Shown here piece by piece: positions 22,260 to 33,029 of a stretch of DNA of 64,000 nt. The DNA is from an uncultured Chloroflexia bacterium. GTDB taxonomy: Bacteria; Chloroflexota; Limnocylindria; Limnocylindrales; CSP1-4. The DNA lies in NCBI GenBank assembly GCA_963714675.1, contig CAVQPG010000004.1, positions 563,184 to 627,183 on the forward strand. Direction: 5' to 3'. Made by a program: the position numbers and the translations under genes. The stretch's first letter is position 1; each line of letters opens with the position of its first letter. The notes beneath the pieces are model-generated. The model worked only from the letters and a program-made list of their open reading frames with translations. It searched no databases and was not told where the DNA came from.

Positions 22260-23318
22260 GTGAGCTCATCGCTCCTGCGCCCCATCCTCGTCCGCGCCGC
22301 CAGCCTCGGTGCGGTCCTCATCATCGTGCTCGTGCTGCTGGTGCTGACGCTCGGCGCCACCGGCTACAGCGACCGCATCCTCGAGGCCCAGGTCGGCGAG
22401 GAGCTGCGGGTCATGCGCACGAGCCTGTCGGAGACGGTCACCGATCCCGACGCGGTCGAGGCGATCATCGCGGCTCGACGCGACGAGCTGGAGCAGTCCT
22501 ATGGGCTCGATCGGCCGTGGTTCGAGCGCCTGCCCGGGTTGGTGGCGCAGGTGCTCGTCTTCGACCTCGGCGAGGCGCGCTCGATCAGGGCCGCCGACGG
22601 CAGCAACAGCGTGGCCGACATCATCCTCGAGCGGCTGCCGCGCACGGTCATGCTGCTGACGACGGCCCTGGCCATCAACGCGATCATCGGCCTGACCGTG
22701 GGCGTGTGGCTCTCGACGCGACCGGGCTCGCGGGCGGACCGCTTCGTGAGCTACGTGGCCGCCATCACCAACGGCTTGCCGGCCTGGTGGGCGGGTATCC
22801 TGCTCATCCTCATCTTCAGCTTCTGGTTACGGATCCTGCCCTCGGGCGGGATGTACTCGACACCGCCGCCCGAAGGGGCGGTGGCCTCGTTCCTGGACCT
22901 CGCCTGGCACGCGCTGCTGCCGATCCTGACGCTGGTGCTGGTCAGCATCGGGCCCTCGATCTACGTCATCCGCACGCTGACCCTCGACGTGGCCCTCCAG
23001 GACCACGTCACGGTGGCCCGTGCCAAGGGCCTGCCCGAGGGTCTCATCCGACGGCGCCACATCCTGCGCGTGGCGGCCCCACCCATCGTCACCGGGCTCA
23101 TCCTGGGCCTCGCGGCCACCCTCGGCGGCTCGATCCTCATCGAGACCGTCTTCGCCTGGGAGGGCATGGGCCAGCTCTACTTCAAGACCTTCTCGGGCCA
23201 GCCGGACGAGTCGATCATCATCGGCCTGACCTTCATGTTCACGCTCATCTACGTGGCAGCGCGGTTGCTGCTCGAGGTCCTCTACGTGTTCCTCGACCCG
23301 CGGGTGCGCTACGGATGA
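22260..23318 (+). CDS. Peptide ABC transporter permease (DppB/OppB-like)
   Basis: 352 aa, six TM helices, EAA motif region. Confidence 0.85.
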   Translation: MSSSLLRPILVRAASLGAVLIIVLVLLVLTLGATGYSDRILEAQVGEELRVMRTSLSETVTDPDAVEAIIAARRDELEQSYGLDRPWFERLPGLVAQVLVFDLGEARSIRAADGSNSVADIILERLPRTVMLLTTALAINAIIGLTVGVWLSTRPGSRADRFVSYVAAITNGLPAWWAGILLILIFSFWLRILPSGGMYSTPPPEGAVASFLDLAWHALLPILTLVLVSIGPSIYVIRTLTLDVALQDHVTVARAKGLPEGLIRRRHILRVAAPPIVTGLILGLAATLGGSILIETVFAWEGMGQLYFKTFSGQPDESIIIGLTFMFTLIYVAARLLLEVLYVFLDPRVRYG

Positions 23319-24737
23319 AGCGACGCAGCCTGCTGCGGCAGGTCCTCGCCAGCACGGCCGGCAAGCTCGGCGTGGCCCTCGCGCTCGTGCTGGGCCTCAC
23401 CTCGACTCTTCGTGCTGCTGACCATGCCACTCGACTTCGGGCCCACGGTCTGGTCGAACCCCGCGGTCTGGGCCGACTATCCCAAGGCCGTGCCGCCGGC
23501 CTGGACGGCGGCCCTCTCGGACGACGCGGTCGAGCACCAGGTCATCGAGGCCGACCAACCCACCGAGGTCACCGAACGCGGCACGGCGCGGGTGGAGGTC
23601 TACGACCTGCCCTACGAGCACACCGCGAACGAGCCGCCGACCTTCCTCTCCTTCAGCCTCGGCGAGGTGACCTTCAGCGAGCGTCCGCCCTCGCTGAGCG
23701 TGACCCTGCTGCGACCCGACGGCACCGCCGTGCCGCTGGTGCGGACGACGGTCCGGGGTCCACGGCCGGACGAGGAGCCACCCTACCGGCGCCACGACCA
23801 GACCCCCCTGCGCCTGCTGCTCACGTCCGAACCCGAGACGGCCGAGGCCGTATCGACGACCCTCGCGGAGGCATACGGCGTGGAGATCCCCGCAGCGCAG
23901 ATCCAGAACGACACGGCCGCCTGGCTCTTCGGCGTGCCCGGCGACGACGGCGAGCCGGAGCCACTCGGGGGTGCGTACGTCACGCAGGTGCGGGTCGCGC
24001 TGGCGGCCCCGGACGACACCGTGGCCTGGGTGCGGACGGTCGTGGGTGGGACCGTCTTCGGTCTGCTGGGCACCGACGGCAGCGGCCGCGACCTCGCACA
24101 GGGCCTCGCCTTCGGCCTGCCGGTGGCCCTGCTCATCGGCCTCGCGGCGGCCACCGTCAGCACCGCCATCGGGACCGGCCTGGGGATGCTCAGCGGCTAC
24201 AAGGGTGGCCGCATCGACCTCGTCATCCAGCGCACCGCGGACGTCGTCAACAACGTGCCCCTGCTGCCGCTGCTGATCTTCTTCGTCTTCGTCTTCGGCG
24301 CCCAGCTGTGGCTGATCCTGCTGCTGCTGGTGGCCTTCAGCTGGCCAGGCCTGGCCATCCTCGTGCGCTCGATGGTGCTGGGGCTCTCGGGCAGCCAGGA
24401 GGTGGAGGCGGCACGCGCCCTGGGGGCCTCATCACGGCACATCCTCGTGCACCACATCTTCCCGCACACGGCACCCTACGTGTTCACCCAGCTCATCTTC
24501 TTCGTGCCCGCGGTCATCCTGGCCGAGGCCGGGCTCTCGTTCCTCGGCCTCGGCGACCCGTCGCTGCCGACCTGGGGCCAGATCCTCGAGGATGGCTTCC
24601 GCACCGGCGCCGTCTTCCTCGGCTACTGGTGGTGGGTGGTGGCCCCGGGGCTACTGATCGTGCTGACGGCGGTGACCTTCATGCTCCTGGCGCTGGCCAT
24701 GGAGCCCATCGTCAACCCCAAGCTGAGGCGCGACTGA
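23315..24737 (+). CDS. Peptide ABC transporter permease (DppC/OppC-like) with a long periplasmic N-terminal domain; 1-nt frameshift after the first TM helix
   Basis: MKRRSLLRQVLASTAGKLGVALALVLGL (frame of ORF 22517) continues as FVLLTMPLDFGPTVWSNP (ORF 23412-24737). Overlapping stop and start: ATGA. Confidence 0.7.
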
Positions 24738-25711
24738 TGGCCCTGCTCGAAGTCCGTGACGTGGCCGTGGAATACAGCACGGAGCGCGGTCCCCTGCGCG
24801 CGGTCGACGGCGTCTCCTTCGACCTCGCCGAAGGTGAGGCCCTGGGCGTCATCGGTGAGTCGGGCTCGGGCAAGACGAGTATGGCCGTGGCCCTGATGCG
24901 CCTGCTGCCGCGCAACGGGACGCTCGTGGGCGGATCGGTCCGACTGGCCGGCGAGGAGCTGACCGCGCTCGACGACGAGACCTTCCGCAGGACGGTCCGC
25001 TGGAGCCGCATGGCGATGGTCTTCCAGGGCGCGATGCACTCGCTCAACCCGGTCGTGCGCGTGGGCGACCAGGTCGGTGAGCGGCTGCGCTCGGACGGGG
25101 TCGACAAGGGCGAGGTCAAGGCACGGGTGGCGGAGCTGCTCACGCGCGTGGGCCTGCCGGCCAGCACGGCCCAGCGCTATCCCCACGAGCTCAGCGGTGG
25201 CATGAAGCAGCGCGTGATGGTGGCCACGGCCCTGACCCACGACCCGCCGCTGCTGATCCTCGACGAACCCACCAGCGCACTCGACGTGAGCATCCAGGCG
25301 CAGATCATGAACCTGCTCAAGGAGCTCAAGGCCGAACGGCGCATCTCGATGCTGTTCATCACCCACGACCTCGCACTGGCCTCCGACCTGTGCGACTCGA
25401 TCGCGGTGGTCTACGCCGGTCAGGTCCGGGAGCTGGGCTCCGCGGAACGCGTGCTCGAGGCACCGGCCGACCCCTATACGCAGCGGCTGCTCGCGAGCAT
25501 CCCCAGCCTCCACGACGCGGTCCCGCCCGACTTCCTGCCGGGTGCGCCGCCCGATCTGCGGGAGTCGATCGCCGGCTGCCGCTTCGCGGCCCGCTGCCCC
25601 CTCGTCTACGAGCCCTGCGGCGAGCCCCCGCCCTACATCGAGGTCGAGCCGGGCCACGGCGCCCGCTGCTGGCGGCACGACCCACGGCGCCGCGCGGGGG
25701 AGCCCGCATGA
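24737..25711 (+). CDS. Peptide ABC transporter ATP-binding protein (DppD/OppD-like)
   Basis: Walker A GESGSGKT, signature LSGGMKQR, Walker B LLILDEPTSALD, C-terminal oligopeptide-transporter domain. Confidence 0.85.
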   Translation: MALLEVRDVAVEYSTERGPLRAVDGVSFDLAEGEALGVIGESGSGKTSMAVALMRLLPRNGTLVGGSVRLAGEELTALDDETFRRTVRWSRMAMVFQGAMHSLNPVVRVGDQVGERLRSDGVDKGEVKARVAELLTRVGLPASTAQRYPHELSGGMKQRVMVATALTHDPPLLILDEPTSALDVSIQAQIMNLLKELKAERRISMLFITHDLALASDLCDSIAVVYAGQVRELGSAERVLEAPADPYTQRLLASIPSLHDAVPPDFLPGAPPDLRESIAGCRFAARCPLVYEPCGEPPPYIEVEPGHGARCWRHDPRRRAGEPA

Positions 25712-26803
25712 GCAGCTGGACCCGGGCGGACGGGCCGCTGCTGCGCATCGAGGAGCTGTCGGTGCGCTTCTACGTGCGCAAGTCGTTCTTCAGCGCGCGG
25801 CCGATCGCCGCGGTGACCGAGGTCTCGCTGGACCTCGCCATGGGCGAGACCGTGGCGGTGGTCGGCGAGTCGGGCAGCGGTAAGACGACGCTGGGCCGGG
25901 CCACGTTGCGCCTCGTGGATGCCGCCGCGGGTCGGGTGGTCTTCGAGGGCACTGACATCGCCGCGCTCGAGGGCGCGGACCTGCGCGCCTTCCGCCACCG
26001 CGCGCAGGCCATCTTCCAGGATCCGTTCTCCAGCCTCAGCCCCTACATGCGCGTGGGCGAGCTGGTCGCCGAGCCACTGGTCATCCACGGGCCGACGGAC
26101 CGCGAGCAGCGCGAAGCGGCGGTCATGCGAGGCGCTCGAGCAGGTGAAGCTCTCGCCGGCCGGGGACTTCGTCGAGAAGTACCCGCACACGCTCTCGGGC
26201 GGCCAGCGCCAGCGGGTCTCGATCGCCCGGGCCATGGTGCTCGAGCCCGACTACCTGATGGCCGATGAGCCGGTCTCCATGATCGACGCCTCGAGCCGCG
26301 CGGAGATCCTGTACCTGCTCGCCGAGCTCCAGGAGCAGCGAGAGCTGACCTTCCTCTACATCACCCACGATCTCGCGAGCGCACGCCACTTCGCCGACCG
26401 CATCGCGGTCATGTATGCCGGGCGCATCGTGGAGCTGGCGTCGGCCGATGTCCTCATCGAGGACGCCAAGCATCCCTACACCAAGGCCTTGCTCGCTGCG
26501 GTGCCTGCCCCGGACCCGGCCAACCGGCTACGACAACGCCCGGTGGTCGGTGGTGAGCCGCCCGATGCGGGCGACCTGCCGCCCGGCTGTGCCTTCGCGC
26601 CGCGCTGCCCGGTGGCCATCGCCGGCACCTGCGAGCGGGAGGTGCCACCGCTGATCGAGCTCGAAGGTGGCCACCAGGTGGCCTGCCACCTCTATCCGGC
26701 CGCCGCGGTCTCCACGGGGTCAGCGGATGCCTCGGCCTCCTCGGCGTCCGAAGACAGCACCTCGAGCGCGGCCAGCAGGAAGGGATCCTCCGCCTCCGGA
26801 TAG
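25708..26803 (+). CDS. Peptide ABC transporter ATP-binding protein (DppF/OppF-like), frameshifted near 26115
   Basis: GESGSGKTTLGR, LSGGQRQR, LMADEPVSMIDAS. The C-terminal ~100 nt overlap the convergent peptidase gene, so the true stop is probably earlier. Confidence 0.7.
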
Positions 26804-28067
26804 GCCAGCCAGTCGGCTTCGACCGATGACGTCAGGGGTCACGCCCACGCCCTCGAGCGTCTGGCCGTCCGGCAACTGGAAGCCGTAGGAGACGATCTGC
26901 ACCAACGACCCATCGGGGAGGTCGATGCTGGCGGCGCCATGCGTCTGGCCCGATGTCGCCTCGCCCACGATGGTGGCCCGGCCCTGGTCCTGCAGGATGG
27001 CCGCGAGCTGCTCGGCGTCGGCCTCGGTCTGCTGGTCCACGAGCACGACCACGGGCACGTCCGCGTACTGGGCCGCGAGGTCGTTGGGCTCGATCTCGAT
27101 GGGCTCGTTGCCGACGCGCGAGTGGTACTCCCCCACCTGCCCTTCGACGAAGGTCGCGAGCGTCTCGAAGACCACGCCGGGTGCACCCTGGTCGGAGGCG
27201 CGCAGGTCGAGCACGAGGCCCTCGAGCGGATCATCCCGAAGCAGCTCCGTGAGGCCCTGGTCGATGCCGTCGACCGCCTCCTGGCCGGAGAGCGCCAGCA
27301 CCTGCAGGTAGCCGATCGAGGGAGCGGAGTCGAGGCGGCGTGCCTCGGGCGCGATGACGGGGCTGATGCGACGTCGTTCGAGGGTCACGTCCCGGGGCTC
27401 ACCCCCAGGCGAGACCACCGTGAGGGTCACCTCGGTACCGGCCGGACCGCGGATGTCGACGATGCGGGCGCACGAGTCGCCCTCGACGCCGATGATGCGG
27501 TCGCGCGCGACGATGCCGGACTCCCTGGCCGAGCCACCGTCGAAGACGTAGAGGATGCGTAGCCCCTCGCTGTCTTCGCCCGCGGCGCTCGTGTCGAGCA
27601 GCGCGCCGATGCCGCCGTACGACGGGTCGAAGGCAGCCGGGTCACCAAGGTCCTCGGGCGCGTAGTAGTTGGTGTACGGATCGTCGAGCGTCTCGACCAT
27701 CTCGCGCAGCAGCTCGTAGACCTCGTGGGCGTTGTCGGTGGCGATGACCAGCTGGGCGTACTCGTCGCCGATGGCCTCCCAGTCGAGGCCGTTGGTCTCG
27801 GGATCCACGTAGTAGTCGCGGATGCCCTCCCACACGCCGTCGAAGAGCGTGATGCGGAAGTCCTCCGGCATCGAGAGCGCCTCGTCGGTGACGGGCGCCT
27901 GGGTCGCCTCGGGCTCGACGCACTCGGCGTCGGCGGATGATGGCGCAGACGCAGGCACGGCAGACGGGCTCGCTTCCTGGGCGGCCGACCGGGCCCAGGG
28001 ACAGGACCAGAGCGGCCGGCAGCACCAGCAGCACGGTGGTCAGCGATCGGGGCGTATGGGGGCGCAT
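26693..28067 (-). CDS. S41 family C-terminal processing peptidase (tail-specific protease-like), N-terminal signal/lipobox region; frameshifts near 27950 and 26810
   Basis: PDZ plus S41 core (GYLQVLALSG, VVVLVDQQTEADAEQLAA, TIVGEATSGQT). The N-terminus MRPHTPRSLTTVLLVLPAALVLSLG lies in an adjacent frame. The alternative C-terminal frame ...VEADWLAYPEAEDPFLLAALEVL ends near 26693. Confidence 0.65.
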
Positions 28068-28161
28068 CGTTCCTCCGCAGGGCAGATCGGTTGTCCCTCC
28101 GGGGGTGATGCTAGCGGGTCTGACCGACATCGACCGATACCGACGCGCCCGCACCATCAGG

Positions 28162-29793
28162 CTATGGCTGGTTGCAGAGCTCCACCCCGGTACAGGCAGC
28201 ATCGAGCCGAACGGTGCCGACCTGGTCGGGCTGCGGGTAGTTCTGGATGAGCTGCGCGCCGCCGGCGTACTTCACGGTCCACGCGATGAGTTGGCCGACT
28301 TCACCCACCTGGCTGGTGTTGTCGCCGTTGACCTGGACGTTGTCACTGGGCGCATAGACGATGCCCGAGACAGCCAGGTTGCCATTGCCGGGCAGGTTGA
28401 CCGTGTTGTTGGAGGTCGTGCAGCTGCCGATATCCAGGGGCGTCATGCTCCCGGCTCCGCCGAAGCACGCATCATCGCGCGGCACCTCGATGCTGATCAG
28501 CAGGCCCTCATGCGACTTCACCTCACGGCCGAGCCAGTCGAGGGCCGGCAAGGAGCGGCAGCTGTCCTCCGTGCAGGTCTCGCCGCCCTGGTTGATCCTG
28601 AGTGCCACGGAGTTGTTGCCGGCGAGGTCGGCATCCTGTGGGACGACCAGCACGACACCGTTGGCTCCCGTCACGAGACCGCCCATCAGCGTCCCGCCCA
28701 CGTCCAGTCCCTTCTCGCCGAAGTAGTACGCGCCGGGCAGCAGGTAGGCCACGTCCGTGTTCTGGGGCACGTTGAAGCCCTGCTTGTCCATGTACACGCC
28801 GGGCAGGTAGCAGACCACGTCGAACGCCGGGTTGGCCAGGATCGACGTGTAGTCCGATGGGAACCCTTCGGTGCCCGGAGCCGGACACGCCCCGGGACCG
28901 TTGCCGGACACCGCATCCCAGCGTCCGTCTTCCTGGTCGCTGAAGACCGGGGCCGCCGGCAGCCCATCGGCTGGGTCGCCGTCGAAGTCGGCGATCAGGT
29001 AGTCGGGGTCGTGGATCAGCTTGCGAAGGAGCTTGCCCTCCGGAAGCCCGTTGACCTGGTTCCAGGGGTCGGGCGAGATGTCGTCGATGTGGTCGATGCG
29101 GTAGCCCGAGGCGAGCGTGATGCGGCCACCCGAGTTGGTGAAGGCGCTGGTATTGGTGCCGACGTCTCCCCGCGGCACATCGACCCAGGTGTTGGTCCCG
29201 TCGACGCTGATGTTCTCGCGGTTCTGGTCGATGGCGTTGGGGAGTGGATGCGGTGGCCGCAGTGTCTGGACCGCGTACCGGCCGGAGAACTGGAGCCCGG
29301 CCACAGCCGTCGCCTGTACGTTCCAGTTCGCCTGGCCGGCCAGCCGCGCGAAGGTCAGGCCGTACGACGGATTGCGGATGGTGACCTGCACCGACCGCGC
29401 AGGCTCGCAGTCGACACAGCTGGGCGACGGCGTCTTGATCGAGACGAGGTACGGCGTGCCCGGTAACGCACAGCCGACGATGTCGAAGTCGGGCTCACAG
29501 CCACTGCCCGCAGGCGTGGAGGTGGCCCCCAGTCGCTCGACCAGCACGTCCATGGCATGTCCCCTGGCCCGCCCATATTCCACGGTCGTGACCGCCCGGC
29601 TCTTGGCCTTCTGCAGGTCCTGGCCGCCAGCGAGGGCAGCCGCGTCCGCCGTGGTCGTGTAGAAGCGCTCGGCCGAGAGCACACCGGTCACATCGACCGC
29701 CAAAGCTGCGACCAGCAGCAAGGCGGTCATGAACAGCGCGGTCAGCGGAAGGACCTGGCCCAGCTCGTTGCGCGCCATCAGCGGGCCCCTCAA
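28162..29793 (-). CDS. TadG-like protein: Tad/Flp pilus-assembly TadE/G-like N-terminus with a large beta-helix-like extracellular domain
   Basis: N-terminus LTALFMTALLLVAALAVDVTGVLSAERFYTTTADAAALAGGQDL matches the TadG-type membrane anchor. 543 aa with a Gly/Asn/Thr-rich repetitive C-terminus. Confidence 0.6.
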   Translation of the reverse strand: MRGPLMARNELGQVLPLTALFMTALLLVAALAVDVTGVLSAERFYTTTADAAALAGGQDLQKAKSRAVTTVEYGRARGHAMDVLVERLGATSTPAGSGCEPDFDIVGCALPGTPYLVSIKTPSPSCVDCEPARSVQVTIRNPSYGLTFARLAGQANWNVQATAVAGLQFSGRYAVQTLRPPHPLPNAIDQNRENISVDGTNTWVDVPRGDVGTNTSAFTNSGGRITLASGYRIDHIDDISPDPWNQVNGLPEGKLLRKLIHDPDYLIADFDGDPADGLPAAPVFSDQEDGRWDAVSGNGPGACPAPGTEGFPSDYTSILANPAFDVVCYLPGVYMDKQGFNVPQNTDVAYLLPGAYYFGEKGLDVGGTLMGGLVTGANGVVLVVPQDADLAGNNSVALRINQGGETCTEDSCRSLPALDWLGREVKSHEGLLISIEVPRDDACFGGAGSMTPLDIGSCTTSNNTVNLPGNGNLAVSGIVYAPSDNVQVNGDNTSQVGEVGQLIAWTVKYAGGAQLIQNYPQPDQVGTVRLDAACTGVELCNQP

Positions 29794-30272
29794 ACCGGCT
29801 CGGGTTCCATGCGGAACTCAGCAGTAGTCGTCAACTGACCGTCACCTGGCACCAGCGGGAAGAAGATGGGGATCTGGTGTTCGATCTGGACCTGCACCCA
29901 CGCTTCGTCCTGGTTGGACGCTGGTGGACAAGGCTCTCCGGTGTCCCGAGGCCAGGACACCTCGACCTTGTTCGTGGTGCCGGTCCCTCCGTTGGCCCAC
30001 AGGTCCGTGGAGTAGCCGAAGAGCGTGGAGTTGGCTGCGATGTCGTTGGCTGCCTGGGTGACCAGCGACGTGTTGCCGTCACAGTAGGTCTGCGTCGCAG
30101 CCCAACGGCCGGTGTCACGTGCGATCTGGGTCAGCGTCTGCTGTGACCAGAAGATCAGCCCGAACTGGACGATGCCGGCCACCAGGAAGAAGAAGACGGG
30201 TATCACGAGCGCGAACTCGGCCAGGGCCTGGCCACGCTGGTCCACGGTGGACGGATGTCTCGTCGGGTCCAC
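29790..30272 (-). CDS. TadE-like pseudopilin-type protein
   Basis: RGQALAEFALVIPVFFFLVAGIVQFGLIFW, the TadE-family N-terminal motif. 160 aa. 4-nt overlap with the TadG-like gene. Confidence 0.7.
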   Translation of the reverse strand: MDPTRHPSTVDQRGQALAEFALVIPVFFFLVAGIVQFGLIFWSQQTLTQIARDTGRWAATQTYCDGNTSLVTQAANDIAANSTLFGYSTDLWANGGTGTTNKVEVSWPRDTGEPCPPASNQDEAWVQVQIEHQIPIFFPLVPGDGQLTTTAEFRMEPEPV

Positions 30273-30687
30273 GACGCTTCCCCACCGATCGCGCCGCTGC
30301 CCTTCGCAGCATGTTCATGTTGTTGCCTCGTTGCGGCGATATCTGCCGTGCTGCAGGCGAGCACGACCTCTGACGTGATGCCACGGGCGCATCCGCCGCG
30401 GGTCGATGGCCAAAGGCTAGGGGGAAACGCGCGACACGGGCAGAGCACCTTGGGGCCATGCCCACCGTACGACCGTCCGGCGGGGCGGCCAGGCGCCCTC
30501 GCTCCGGGCCAGGGATCCACTCGTTCGCCGCGTTCCGCTCGAACGCTTCGCGCAGCTTGTGCCTGTGGTCGACAATGGACCCTGACAAAGCATCGAAGGT
30601 CGCGGGCAGAACGGCACTTGCCGCTCTCTCGAGGCACAGGCGATCGTTGGCTACGCCGAGTCCACTCGGCAGAAGGGAGGCTCGTCG

Positions 30688-31299
30688 GTGTTCGACACCA
30701 CCGCCGCGGACACGATCTTCCTGGTGTGCGCGCTCGTCGGCGGCGGCCTGCTGCTCATCACCGTCCTGCTCGACGACATCCTCGGCGGCATACTCGAGGT
30801 GCTCGACTTCGATGTCGGCGGCAGCTCGTTCGTGCCCATCCTGCTCGCCTTCGTGGCCATGTTCGGCATCGGCGGCCTGTTCGGCACGCAGGTCCTCGAC
30901 CTCAGCAGCGGGCAGGCGGCGTTCGTGGGCGTCATCGCCGGCCTCGGCGGGGCGGCGCTGGCGTATGGCATGTTCCGCTTCCTGCGCAGCGCCGTGACCG
31001 AATCGCCGTTCTCGCAGGACGATCTCGTGGGCCGCGACGCCTACGTCTCGGTGGCCATCCCCAAGACCGCCTGGGGCACTATCTCGATGGAGGTCGAGGG
31101 CATGACCCAGGAGTTCCGCGCCACCTCCTCGGTCGACATCGACCGCGGCCAGATGGTGCACATCAGCGGCGTCGCCGGCAACGGGCTCATCGTCGAACCG
31201 GCGACGGCCGCGACGACCGAGCCCGAGGCTCCCGACCGGCACCGAACCCGATACCACCGCATAGCCCTGCGCGGGCGGCAGACCGGCCGCCTGCGCTGA
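30688..31299 (+). CDS. NfeD-like (YuaF/YqiJ-type) membrane protein with a C-terminal OB-fold
   Basis: GTG start with a GGGAGG RBS. Two or three TM helices, then the OB-fold signature DLVGRDAYVSVAIPKTAWGTISMEVEGMTQEFRATSS...GQMVHISGVAGNGLIVEP. Confidence 0.7.
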   Translation: MFDTTAADTIFLVCALVGGGLLLITVLLDDILGGILEVLDFDVGGSSFVPILLAFVAMFGIGGLFGTQVLDLSSGQAAFVGVIAGLGGAALAYGMFRFLRSAVTESPFSQDDLVGRDAYVSVAIPKTAWGTISMEVEGMTQEFRATSSVDIDRGQMVHISGVAGNGLIVEPATAATTEPEAPDRHRTRYHRIALRGRQTGRLR

Positions 31300-31324
31300 C
31301 GTCCCCGCAGCAGGAGTAGGAGCC

Positions 31325-32759
31325 ATGGAAATCGGCAGCGAAGTCCTCATCATCTTCGGCATCATCGTCATCGCGGTGCTCATCGCGATGTTCGTGAGCT
31401 CGCGCTACAAGGTCGCGAGCGCCAACGAGGCGCTCGTGCGCAGCGGCCAACGCGGCAAGGGTGAGGAGCTCAAGGTCGTCCGCGGTGGCGGCATGATGGT
31501 CATCCCGCTGCTCCACGACCTCGGCCGGCTCAAGCTGACCGCCCGGCAGATCTCCGTACAGCTGACCGACGCGGTCACCAGCCAGGGCATCAAGGTCGCG
31601 CTCGAAGGCGTGGCCACCTTCAAGGTCGGCGCTGACGAGACGTCGATCCGCAACGCCGCCGAGCGCTTCCTGCAGACCGATGAGGCAGAGGTCGACGACA
31701 TCGTCAAGAACGTCCTCGAGGGCTCGCTGCGGTCGATCGTCGGCACGCTCACCGTCGAGGAGCTCAACCTCGACCGACAGAAGTTCCAGCAGGCCGTGCA
31801 GTCGGCCGCCATCGGCGACCTGGCCACCTCCGGCCTGGTCATCGACAGCTTCACCATCCAGGCCATCGGCGGCGAGGCCCTCCAGTACATGGAGCTGGTC
31901 GGCCGTCAGGAGCTGGCCCGCCGCGAGCGCGACGCACGCATGGCCCAGGCGACCGCCGACCAGGAAGCCCGCGTCCGCGAGGCCGAATCCGAGCAGATCA
32001 AGCTGAACGCGGAGCGGGGCGTCCAGCTCCGTGAGGCCGACGTCAAGCAGGAGACCGACACGGCCCGCGCCAAGGCCGGGCAGGCCGGTCCGCTGGCCGA
32101 GGCCCAGGCCACGCAGGAGGTCGTGAAGGAGCAGACCAAGCTGGCCGAGCTGGCTGCCGAGCGCAAGGCCAAGGAGCTGCTCGCGAGCACCGTGCGGCCG
32201 GCGGAGGCGGAGGCGGAGGCCGTGGTCAAGCGTGCCGACGGCGACCGCCTCGCGGCCATCGCCGCGGCCCAGGCCGAGGCCGAGAAGATCCGCCTCCGGG
32301 GCGAAGCCGAAGCGACGATCATCCAGGCGCAGGGACAGGCGGAAGCGGCCGCCCTGGAGATGCGAGCGGACGCCTACAAGCACTTCAACGATGCGGCCAT
32401 CCTGGCCACCATCCTGCGCGACCTGCCCGGCCGTCGTGAGCGCAGCGGCCGACCCCATCGGCAAGATCGACAACCTGACGGTGCTCTCCACCGACGGGGC
32501 CTCGGAGATCGTGCGCACCGCCACCACCAACCTGACCCAGGCCGGTCACGCCATCAAGGGCCTCACCGGCATCGACATCCCGCAGGTCTTCGGCAACGCG
32601 CTCGACAACGCCAACCTCACCGGCACGTCAGAGGAGCGGGCCCTCCGGGCCCGGACGGAGCCTGCGACCGCGACTGAGGTGGACCTGGCCGCCGGCAACG
32701 AAGGCACGGCGCCCACAGAAGAAAGCGGCCCGGACGAGGCCGAGCCGCAGGAGGACTGA
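31325..32759 (+). CDS. Flotillin (SPFH-domain, FloT/YuaG-like), C-terminal frameshift near 32440
   Basis: N-terminal TM, SPFH domain, long Ala/Glu-rich coiled coil. The C-terminus DLPAVVSAAADPIGKIDNLTVLSTDGASEI continues in ORF 32232-32759. The nfeD-flotillin pairing is conserved. Confidence 0.8.
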
Positions 32760-33029
32760 ACCGAGCGCGTCGCGCCCGAGTTCCTCGGTCAGTCGGTGCC
32801 GAACGACACCTTGCAGGTCATCGTGGCCTTGCCATTCTTGGTGACCGTGGCATGTGAATCCGGTCGTGAGCATGAGCCCTTGCTCGCGCGGCAGGTACAC
32901 GTAGCACATGAACCCGGAGTAGTGCTGGGTGCGCCCGCTGTCGTTGGCGGACCTCGCCCTGACAGGTCATGACCGCAACGTGGTCGTTCTGGACGACATG
33001 CGTGAGGGTACCTAGCGCCACCGAGGAGC

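Noticed and set aside
22517-25711. Single 1064-aa ORF spanning dppB to dppD
   Set aside because: It is a read-through frame. Only its last ~325 aa (DppD, starting at the ATG at 24737) and a 28-aa stretch (the DppC N-terminus) are real coding sequence. The rest is Arg/Gly-rich noise.
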